From a virus (taxonomy: Duplodnaviria > Caudoviricetes), in IMG/VR virus record IMGVR_UViG_3300037751_000591, positions 1 to 64,000 of that record: DNA of 64,000 nucleotides, one strand, 5' to 3'. Under the pieces are notes generated by a model. The model was not told where the DNA came from. It worked only from the letters and a program-made list of their open reading frames with translations, and did no database searches. Every line of letters starts with the position of its first letter. The stretch's first letter is position 1. A program made the position numbers and the translations under genes. Positions 50,051 through 58,163 of this stretch are shown piece by piece.

Positions 50051-51078
50051 GCTACGTCATTGATCGAGCGGTCAGTCGGGGGGCCTACTACGTGGCCGGC
50101 GAAGGCTACCGCCGGACCGAGCTTACATGGGAGCAGTTCGACAGCCTCTTGGCTGGCGAATCTATCGTGGTTGACGGCCAGACCATTGATCCTAGCGACC
50201 CGTTCAACCCCGTGCTGCCCTATGAGGACTACCCTATCGACAGCAGCGATCCGTTGCAGAGATTGACGGAGCGTGGCGGGCCGGGGTCAGGGCATCGTGG
50301 GCACAAGGGCAGGCCCGGACAGGTCGGGGGGTCGCAACCTAGCGTCGGCAGCGCCGCCGGCGAGGCAGAGGCCGACGCAGGATTTGAGCGCCACGGCACG
50401 ACCAAAGAGGTCTATCAAGAGCTACTTGATCGAGCGCGTGCAATGAACAACGAAGGTCGATTTGCCCATGTTGGCCGCGACATCAAAACGGGCGAATACC
50501 TGCTGTTTACCGAGCGCGAATCGGCGGTCGAGCATCAGGGCAACAACATTCGCCACATTGGTTATGAGCAGTTCTATGCTTTCACGCCCATCGAAATGAT
50601 GTTTCACAAGAGCGGGGACCAAAGCAACGTCACCTTTGATGGCGATGAAATGAGCGATCTAAAAGCCTTCGGAACAATGTCAGAAGAAGACTACGACGAT
50701 CACATGATTGTCATTCACAATCATCCCGAAAGAGTGGGCGAGTTTATGCCGCCGTCGCCGAGCGACCTTCGGGCCAGCGCCCTCATGTACGCTGCCGAGT
50801 CGCGTGTCTACACCGGCGATGGGACCTACACGCTGCGCTTGGGGCAACTAGGGAATCGGGCAGCGTCGCAGATAATGAAAGCGTTTTGGATTTTCGACGA
50901 GACCAACTTTTCAGATCGATTTCCCGAGCTAACAGGCCACGGCGGGGAAGCACAAGAGGATTATGTCATAGCAAACAGCCTTGGCGACGAATTGAAAGAG
51001 TACCAGCTAGAACGACTCGCTTATGTGGCCGAACGATTGCCGTGGGTGTCCATTGAGTTTGAGCCAATCGATGAGTGA
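50047..51078 (+). CDS. G-tagged JAB/MPN-like protein
   Basis: GTG start overlapping the previous stop; HNHP...PSPSD. Confidence 0.75.
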   Translation: MSYVIDRAVSRGAYYVAGEGYRRTELTWEQFDSLLAGESIVVDGQTIDPSDPFNPVLPYEDYPIDSSDPLQRLTERGGPGSGHRGHKGRPGQVGGSQPSVGSAAGEAEADAGFERHGTTKEVYQELLDRARAMNNEGRFAHVGRDIKTGEYLLFTERESAVEHQGNNIRHIGYEQFYAFTPIEMMFHKSGDQSNVTFDGDEMSDLKAFGTMSEEDYDDHMIVIHNHPERVGEFMPPSPSDLRASALMYAAESRVYTGDGTYTLRLGQLGNRAASQIMKAFWIFDETNFSDRFPELTGHGGEAQEDYVIANSLGDELKEYQLERLAYVAERLPWVSIEFEPIDE

Positions 51079-51991
51079 AACTTTCATACTCGACGAAGAT
51101 ATGTTGCGCGTTACTCCCGCCGGGCCGGTTCCCGATTTGAGCGGGGAGCCAGTCGAGCGCGGCGGTCCCGGCAGTGGCCATCATGGCCATAAGGGTAGGC
51201 CCGGATCGGTCGGAGGTTCGCTGCCGCGGATGGGCAATCCCATTCCCGAGAAACCGGGGTTCAACTACGGCGGCGCATGGGACCTGATTGAATCGTTGCC
51301 GAAGACAGAGCGGTGGGACATCATTCGCGAGGCGTACGAGGTCACGGACTCGGTTCACTTCGCGCCTGTGCCTGACGGCGTTGATCCGCTGCCTTGGCGC
51401 GAAACTAGGGCGCTGTCGAAGGGCGGGTCATTTCGATGGGGGGTGTTTGGCCCGCTGGATATTGCATTCAATTTGCAGACCGGCGGGGAGCACTATGGCA
51501 ATTATCCGATGCTGAATGCCGTCCATGAATACGGGCACTTCATGGATATGCTGCTTGGGACAAGCCAAGACCCGACCGGCTATTTTCGTTACCTGTTCGG
51601 ATCGAAAACAGCGCTGACTGCGGCAGGCTTGCGCGACCCCCTGATTGTCAGTGCCTACCAAGAACTATTCTCCGTGGCACGCGCTTCGGATGGCGTACAA
51701 CAACTTGCGCAATACGACAATTGGCGCTGGACCGATTCGCGGGGCTACCAGCATGAAACGAATCAAGCCAGTGCGCTTAAATGGTTGTCCACGGTCGAAA
51801 TCTTTGCCAGAAGCTATACCCAATGGGTTGCCGAACGGTCAGGCAACGAGCGCTTGCAAGGTCAGGTGCGCGGCTGGCGCGAGGCTTGGCGCGACGGCGG
51901 CGGTCCCGATCTGCAATGGGATACTGACGACTTCCAGCCGATAGGCGAGGCCATGGACAACCTGTTCAAAGTGGCAGGGCTTCTCAAATGA
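51071..51991 (+). CDS. G-tagged zincin metallopeptidase (LPD1-like)
   Basis: HEYGHFMD...EIFARSY. Confidence 0.75.
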   Translation: MSETFILDEDMLRVTPAGPVPDLSGEPVERGGPGSGHHGHKGRPGSVGGSLPRMGNPIPEKPGFNYGGAWDLIESLPKTERWDIIREAYEVTDSVHFAPVPDGVDPLPWRETRALSKGGSFRWGVFGPLDIAFNLQTGGEHYGNYPMLNAVHEYGHFMDMLLGTSQDPTGYFRYLFGSKTALTAAGLRDPLIVSAYQELFSVARASDGVQQLAQYDNWRWTDSRGYQHETNQASALKWLSTVEIFARSYTQWVAERSGNERLQGQVRGWREAWRDGGGPDLQWDTDDFQPIGEAMDNLFKVAGLLK

Positions 51992-53160
51992 CTCTCTACC
52001 CGCTAACCGACGACCTGATTTTCGTTGATGGCGACAACGAGTTTGAATACATCGGGCCGTCCATCATGGTCGAGCGCGGCGGTCCGGGGTCGGGGCATCA
52101 TGGGCATGAAGGCAGGCCGGGCGAGGTTGGCGGCAGCCGGCCGAGCGGCAAGCGTGGCGCGCAGTTCAGCGAGACTCCGGCGCTGGCAGTCGAAACCTAC
52201 CTGCGGCGCGTCGTTACAAGCCGGCCGCAGTTTTCCATTCGGGTCATTGGCGATGAACCGCAGCCGATTGATGTCAGCACGTTCGCTGACGCCGTGCGCG
52301 CATGGGATGCTGATGGCCGCCGCGGCCATATCGAAGTTGTTGACCCTGAGCGCGCCTTTTGGGCCAGCTTCGGCTTTCAGGAGAGCCTTGACGTCGACGC
52401 CGTAGAAGATTGGGACGCCGAATTTCAGATGTTTGTGGACGTTCACGACTACATGCTGCAAGCGCTGAACGATCCAGAGTTTGCGAATCTGACGGCCCAA
52501 ATCGACCGCCGCGGTAGCTACATGGTAGAAGCCGCCGAACGCGCCCTTGCCCGTTGGAACGAGGCTCGCGCTCGAGGCGAGGAAATCGGACGTTTTGACG
52601 GGCCGGCAGGCTACAACATTATTTTCACCAATGACCGCGACTATGTTGGGGCCGGATCGAACAACGTGGGGCAGCTTGGCGGCAGGGTGTTCTGGCAGCC
52701 GCTGAGCATTGCGGAAGAGGATGCCGCGCTCGGCGAGGCCTCGTTCAACTTTGGCCTATCGCCGGCATATGTCCAGTTCCATGAAATGCACCACGGGTTC
52801 GGGTCGGACACCGAGCTTGATCGCTTTTCCGACCTCATCAGCCTAGACTTCTACATGAGGCGCTACGAGGATTTGCCGGGTTACATGCAGGCGGCGGTTG
52901 TGGACAAGGCATTCCAAACGTACTATTGGGGAACCGGTCGCCTGAGCGGCAGATGGCGCGAGACGCGGCTTGCATCCCGTAGAGCAAGCGCTTGGCTTTA
53001 CAACCGCTATCCCGAGTTCTATGGTCAGGCCATCGAAGAACGGCGGGCCTATGTCGCCGACGACTCTGGCGACGTTCCTTACTCTTACTGGCTGGATGAT
53101 CCAGACACCAGCGGCGGCCGGCTGCGGCGTTGGTCGAGAGAGTACCGGGCGAAACCATGA
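51988..53160 (+). CDS. G-tagged HExxH protein
   Basis: tag followed by a domain containing HEMHH. Confidence 0.65.
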   Translation: MTLYPLTDDLIFVDGDNEFEYIGPSIMVERGGPGSGHHGHEGRPGEVGGSRPSGKRGAQFSETPALAVETYLRRVVTSRPQFSIRVIGDEPQPIDVSTFADAVRAWDADGRRGHIEVVDPERAFWASFGFQESLDVDAVEDWDAEFQMFVDVHDYMLQALNDPEFANLTAQIDRRGSYMVEAAERALARWNEARARGEEIGRFDGPAGYNIIFTNDRDYVGAGSNNVGQLGGRVFWQPLSIAEEDAALGEASFNFGLSPAYVQFHEMHHGFGSDTELDRFSDLISLDFYMRRYEDLPGYMQAAVVDKAFQTYYWGTGRLSGRWRETRLASRRASAWLYNRYPEFYGQAIEERRAYVADDSGDVPYSYWLDDPDTSGGRLRRWSREYRAKP

Positions 53161-53369
53161 CAGAGCTAATTGAGTCCTCGACCGACAGGCGAATCCCGGT
53201 CGAGTTGGTGACGACAGAGCAGACAGCGGCCTTCGCCTCGGCCTTCAACGCCCTGATCCTGCGTGGCCTTGCGGAAGACGACGCCCTCGAAGAGGCCTTC
53301 GCGGCGGCCATCACCCCCGAGCAGCGGGCCGCTGCCATGGGCGAAGACTCCCTCTACATCCCCGAATAA
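53157..53369 (+). CDS. small acidic protein
   Basis: ATGA-coupled ORF. Confidence 0.5.
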   Translation: MTELIESSTDRRIPVELVTTEQTAAFASAFNALILRGLAEDDALEEAFAAAITPEQRAAAMGEDSLYIPE

Positions 53370-53378
53370 TCGTTCCTT

Positions 53379-53432
53379 CCCTATGGTGCATTTGTACTTT
53401 CGCGGTCTGGCATATCCGGCCTAGACTGTGAT
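53379..53432 (+). promoter_or_regulatory. putative late promoter (ATGGTGCATTTG box)
   Basis: box followed by TAGACTGTGAT at the same spacing as in the 34391 copy. Confidence 0.55.
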
Positions 53433-53444
53433 AACGGAGGTTCC

Positions 53445-54956
53445 ATGCCTGCTGCCGCGACTGCTGAGCTTGTCCAGCGCCCGAAGGACGTGAAGGCCCC
53501 TGATACGCTGTCGGGCCACGCAGCCGATATCTGGCGCAGCGCTTTTCTGAGCGCATACAGCGACACCTGCAAGAACCGCGATGATCGTGACGCCTGTGCT
53601 GCGAAGATCGCATGGTCGGCGGTCAAGCAGAGCTATCGCAAGAACAAGGAAGGCCAATGGGTTGAGAGGGCTGCCGACCCGAACGTTGCGGCGGTTGATA
53701 CTGGCGCTGTGGACGGCGGTGCGTTTGCAACGCCGGTCGAACCCGACCGACCGATCATCCCGACGCCGCAGAATCTGACACGGGGAGAAGCAGAGGTTTG
53801 GAACCGTGTCTATCTCGAAGCAGTCAAGGGCGCATGTGCGCAGCAGGATAATCCGCAGGCATGCGCAGCGCGAGAGGCTTGGGAGGCGGTCAAGGCATTC
53901 GGCGAAGAAGCCGAGCTAGATGACGAGATCACCGCCGAGCCGGAAGATGAAGAGGAACCGACCGAAGATGAAGAGGCGGATGCCGAGGATGAAGCCGCCG
54001 AGGGCGAACCGGCAGACGATGAAGAGGCGGTAGACGACGAAGAAGTGGGCGACGCGAAAGAATCAGCCGAGGCGGACACTGGTGAGGAAGAAGCCCCGGC
54101 GGACGCAGAGGAAGAGGAAGCAGAGGCGGAGCCAGCCGAGGAAGAAGAACCGGCTGACGAAGAAGCTGAATCCGAGGAAGACGAGGAAGAGGAAGACGAA
54201 AAGGATCAGCGCCGCCGCGTCCGCAAATCACTGTCAGAGCGCAGTGACGGTCTGACAGGCAAGGGAGGCACCATGGCCCCGAAGGAACAGGTCTACACCG
54301 AACGCCAGATGCAGGCGCTGATCGCCGCCGGCCGCGCCATGCCGGATGGCCGTCTGCCGATTGTTTCCAAGGCAGACGTTTCGGCAGCCGTTGAGTCGTT
54401 CGCCAAGGCCAACGCAGCCGATCCCGCTGTCATTCGACACATCATCGTTCGCGCCGGCTCGCTCGGCGCGCTTGAACTGCTGCCGGATACGTGGATCAAT
54501 CGCGGCACGGCAACCATGATTTCCAAGGTTGACGAGCAGTGGTTGAAGGCGGCTGTGACCCGCATCGCCGAGACCCTCGATGACCTGCAATGGCTGAGCG
54601 GCATCGGCGAAGACACGACCATCACGCGCCCGACGGATATTCCTTCGACGGTGTGGCGCACGCTGCCGGCCATCGAGCGCAGCGCTCGGGCCGAATACCT
54701 GCGCACCTTTGTGCGCCGGATGTACGAGCAGGCCGTTGACGACATGCGCGTTGCGGGATGGCGGGCTGAGCCGATGGTTGGCCGCCCCCATGAGTTTCAG
54801 TTCAAGAAGTTCGTGGAAACTGGCGAAGGCCCGCTGCTTGTGCGCGCCATTCTTGTGCGCAAGGCCGGCACGAAGGTTTGGCTGCCGCGCGAGATCAGCC
54901 GCGGCGCATCGCTTTCGACAGCGGTCATGATGCTGCCGGATGAGTTGCGCCCGTGA
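53445..54956 (+). CDS. ChaB x2 - acidic linker - DUF6582-like head protein
   Basis: IWRSAF...IAWSAVKQSYRK..GQWV; AMPDGRLPI...RHII.RA..LG...LPDTW. Confidence 0.75.
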   Translation: MPAAATAELVQRPKDVKAPDTLSGHAADIWRSAFLSAYSDTCKNRDDRDACAAKIAWSAVKQSYRKNKEGQWVERAADPNVAAVDTGAVDGGAFATPVEPDRPIIPTPQNLTRGEAEVWNRVYLEAVKGACAQQDNPQACAAREAWEAVKAFGEEAELDDEITAEPEDEEEPTEDEEADAEDEAAEGEPADDEEAVDDEEVGDAKESAEADTGEEEAPADAEEEEAEAEPAEEEEPADEEAESEEDEEEEDEKDQRRRVRKSLSERSDGLTGKGGTMAPKEQVYTERQMQALIAAGRAMPDGRLPIVSKADVSAAVESFAKANAADPAVIRHIIVRAGSLGALELLPDTWINRGTATMISKVDEQWLKAAVTRIAETLDDLQWLSGIGEDTTITRPTDIPSTVWRTLPAIERSARAEYLRTFVRRMYEQAVDDMRVAGWRAEPMVGRPHEFQFKKFVETGEGPLLVRAILVRKAGTKVWLPREISRGASLSTAVMMLPDELRP

Positions 54957-56800
54957 CAAAGGCGGTAGCTCGCGACGTTGCCCCGAGCGGCAACAAAAAC
55001 GCCGGCCAGATCACGCTTGACAGGGAAGACCGCAAGCTGACGAAGGCCGAAGCCGGCTTTCAAGAGAGAGGCGGCATCCCCGAGCTTCGCTGCGGGGACT
55101 GCCACTACTTCACGGGCAGCGGCTGTCGCATTGTTGAAGGCTCTATTGACGCCGACGACGTATGTGACCAGTTTGAGCCGGCGAGGGAGAAGGGCAGTAT
55201 GTCTTCACAGATCGCGACCGCGGTAGGCAGGGCCGGTGATCTTCCCCGCGTGGAAATGTTTATCAACCGCGTGTCGGAGAACCCGCAGACCGGCGAGCGG
55301 CGCTGGTACTCGACTGCCTCGGGAACGAAGAAGGACCGCTACGAAGAACGCATGTCGGTCGCGCTGTTTAAGGATTTCATCCGCAGGGCCGAAAGCCGCG
55401 AGCCGGCACCGGCCCCGTTCATATCCGAGGCTTGGAATGGCGGCCTGCCCTATCTCGGGGTCGCCCATTATCTTGACCTGAATGGCGACGGAATCGTTGG
55501 CCCGACCGAGCGGGTGTGGGTCGACGGATCGGTTTTCAAGGCACGCGGAACATTCGATGATGGTCCGCTGGCGCAGGCGGCCTACGAATCCATCAAAAGG
55601 GACATTGAAAACAACATTCCCCAAGACGAGCGCGTGCGGATTTCCATTGCATTCCTTGATTATGGGCACGATCATGAGGGGCGCGGTTCCTTTGAGCGCA
55701 AGGCGCTTACGGATACGTGCCCGATGTGCACGTCTGGCGTCGGCGAGAAGGTCTACAAGGCCGGCCACTTGGTTCATCTGGCGCTCACGCGCAGCCCGGC
55801 CTATGTGGAAACCTCGATTGAATTAGAGGAGCGGAGCAGCATGAAAACTAGGCGCGACGACGCGGCCAGCATTGTCGGCGACGATCTTGCCGATGAGCTA
55901 GAAAAGCGTCAACTCGAATCCCTCACAGCGCGTAGCGAGAATGCGGGAATCGACCCCCGCGCCATCGTTGTAAAGCGGGGTGAGGATGAGGGCGACGAAG
56001 CCAAAGGCACCGGCAGCGCCGCCTCGGAGCGCGAGGGGGACCGTTACAAGAGCACGCTGCTTGGCGGCGCGCTTACGCTCGACGACGCGGAAGCAGCGCT
56101 CGCCGAGCGGTCGGCCGACGATCCATTTGTGGACCAATGGGATGTGCTCAGCGTCGTGCTGTGCAACATCGCCGGTCCCGAGAAGGCCGACCAGATCAGG
56201 GGAGTCCTTTCGGATTTCCAAAGTCAGGTTGACGTGATGACGGCCAAGGCGGTCATCAACATCAACAACGTGCTCGAAGCGGAAACAGCAGCCGAGCAGC
56301 CCGCGCCTGCCGCTGCCAGTGCCGCCATTGAGCGCAGTGAACATCAGGAGGTACACGTGACCCATCCACTCGACGAAGCAGTGGCTGGACTCGTGGAAGC
56401 ATACGACGAGGCTGTGGCGACACCACTGGACTCGGCCTCTCGACTTGCCATGATCCAGCCGGCCATCAACGCCGTCGGTGAAGCCATTACGCGCTCAGTC
56501 AGCACGCAGGCTGCGCCTGCTGCTGAGGGCGGTGCTGGCGTCGACGCCAATGCGCTGATGAGCATGATCCAAGAAGCGCTCGCGCCCATTCAGGCCGATA
56601 TCGCTTCCCTTAAAAGCACGACCACGGTTGAGCGCGCTGCACCGCGCACCCCGCGCATTCCGGCCCCACGTGGCTACCAGCCCGTAGGTCCGGGGCAGGT
56701 GGTTCGCAACGCCGGCGGGGAAATGCCGCCGGTCGCACCCACCGTGAAGCGAAGCAAGCTGTCATCGCTCGTTCGGCGATCCGTAGGGTTGCAGAACTAG
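54953..56800 (+). CDS. prohead protease-scaffold with N-terminal HiPIP-like Cys cluster
   Basis: position before MCP; DRYEERMS, VAH, SIAF, HLALTRSPAY; helical Ala-rich C-terminus. Confidence 0.75.
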   Translation: MTKAVARDVAPSGNKNAGQITLDREDRKLTKAEAGFQERGGIPELRCGDCHYFTGSGCRIVEGSIDADDVCDQFEPAREKGSMSSQIATAVGRAGDLPRVEMFINRVSENPQTGERRWYSTASGTKKDRYEERMSVALFKDFIRRAESREPAPAPFISEAWNGGLPYLGVAHYLDLNGDGIVGPTERVWVDGSVFKARGTFDDGPLAQAAYESIKRDIENNIPQDERVRISIAFLDYGHDHEGRGSFERKALTDTCPMCTSGVGEKVYKAGHLVHLALTRSPAYVETSIELEERSSMKTRRDDAASIVGDDLADELEKRQLESLTARSENAGIDPRAIVVKRGEDEGDEAKGTGSAASEREGDRYKSTLLGGALTLDDAEAALAERSADDPFVDQWDVLSVVLCNIAGPEKADQIRGVLSDFQSQVDVMTAKAVININNVLEAETAAEQPAPAAASAAIERSEHQEVHVTHPLDEAVAGLVEAYDEAVATPLDSASRLAMIQPAINAVGEAITRSVSTQAAPAAEGGAGVDANALMSMIQEALAPIQADIASLKSTTTVERAAPRTPRIPAPRGYQPVGPGQVVRNAGGEMPPVAPTVKRSKLSSLVRRSVGLQN

Positions 56801-56888
56801 CGGGAGTCAGAAATCATCCAAGTCCTGTGGGCCTAGCAAGGCGTTAAGCGGGACCGAGACCGAAGAACGGACACAGGAGACTTAGAAG

Positions 56889-58088
56889 ATGGAAAACGTG
56901 ATGGTTCCCGACCTGTTGGTTGGCGAGCGCGTTCTTGACCTCGGCGAGGGCGGCGGCAACGGAGCGTTCGTTGGGCGTGCTACTGACCCCAACATCCTTC
57001 CGCAGCCGTATGCGACCCCCGGCGACTTCGCTGCGCAGTATCCAACTCCGCTGGACACGACCGAGATCATCGCCATGTGCGAGGAAGTCACGCTGTTTCA
57101 GGCCCTGCCTGAGGAAAACACAGCGCTCAAGCAGCACACTTGGCGAGAACTGAATGAACTCGCGTTCGTGTCAGGCTCATCGTACATTTCCTTCGCTGAC
57201 GGCGAGTGCCCCGAAGAATACTCGCACGACGGCGACAACACCACGGTTACGCTCAAGAACATCGGCGCGAAGAAGTCACTGAGCCTGAGCGACATCATGC
57301 ACTCGCAGGCCGTGGCTGCCGCCAATTGGAATGGGATCAACCGACTCGTCGGTGGTGTCCCCTCGGGTGAAGGCATGCCCGGTGGCACCGATATGGCGAC
57401 GTTCCAAATGGAGCAAGTCGCTGATGTCAAGGAAAAGGAAATCCGGTTGTCAATGACGCTGGTCCTGAACGGTTGGGATCGGCTGCTGGTTGAGGGTGAC
57501 GCCAACGCGAACTCGCTTGAGTTCACGGGTGTCGAGCAGTGGGATGACAACCTCGAAGGTTGCGACTTCCACGCGAACGATAACTCGGCCTCGGGCACGT
57601 TCTCGGCGGCTGGCTTTGACCGGTTCCTCAGCGAGGGCTGTGCCAAGCCGACAGCCCTGTGGGGTCATCCGCAGGCCATTCAAGAACTGATGTCCGCCTA
57701 CTTCCAACTTGGATTCCAAGGGTCGCAGGTGGTCAACTTCGAGAGTGGCGACCGCATCACTCCGGGCTTCAACTTCGGTGGTTTCGTCAACACCGGTGTT
57801 GGCCGGCTGGCTGTGGTTGCGGACAACAACTTCAACCGCGCGAACGCTGGCGGCGGGGCGTTTCAGGCGACGATCTATGGCATGCGCATGACGCACAACG
57901 GTGTGCCGCTGGTCTACAAGCTGACGCAAATCCCGCTGGCCCTGCGCGACCTTGTGCCCGGCTGTACGGCAATCAGCTTCGAGGTTTGGGCGAAGACTGC
58001 CCTCATCATCAAGCACTGTTGCGCACACGGCGCGTACACCAGCCAGTTCACCGGTCGGATCGTGACGACCTGCCCTGTGATCGGGTAG
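56889..58088 (+). CDS. major capsid protein
   Basis: 399 aa following the protease-scaffold, RBS, biased codon usage, followed by a strong terminator. Confidence 0.75.
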   Translation: MENVMVPDLLVGERVLDLGEGGGNGAFVGRATDPNILPQPYATPGDFAAQYPTPLDTTEIIAMCEEVTLFQALPEENTALKQHTWRELNELAFVSGSSYISFADGECPEEYSHDGDNTTVTLKNIGAKKSLSLSDIMHSQAVAAANWNGINRLVGGVPSGEGMPGGTDMATFQMEQVADVKEKEIRLSMTLVLNGWDRLLVEGDANANSLEFTGVEQWDDNLEGCDFHANDNSASGTFSAAGFDRFLSEGCAKPTALWGHPQAIQELMSAYFQLGFQGSQVVNFESGDRITPGFNFGGFVNTGVGRLAVVADNNFNRANAGGGAFQATIYGMRMTHNGVPLVYKLTQIPLALRDLVPGCTAISFEVWAKTALIIKHCCAHGAYTSQFTGRIVTTCPVIG

Positions 58089-58111
58089 GTCTACGGTAGC
58101 TGCCACTGCGA

Positions 58112-58146
58112 GGGGCCAGCCGGTCTATCCGGTTGGCCCCTTTTTC
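58112..58146 (+). terminator. rho-independent terminator
   Basis: GGGGCCAGCCGG-tctat-CCGGTTGGCCCC-TTTTT. Confidence 0.85.
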
Positions 58147-58163
58147 AATCAAGGACTCAAGTA

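Larger units (their letters stand above)
38419..52137 (+). repeat. dispersed coding repeat G-tag R-GG(P/E)GSGHxxHxGRxGx(V/I)GGS, 8 copies
   Basis: 63-nt copies starting at 38419, 42577, 47846, 48377, 49091, 50272, 51158, 52075. Confidence 0.95.

Noticed and set aside
38419-52137. Dispersed 60-63 nt repeats as a CRISPR array, DGR repeats or attC-like sites
   Set aside because: Spacing is irregular (0.35-2 kb), all copies are in frame, variation is largely synonymous, and no cas, reverse transcriptase or integrase gene is in the window
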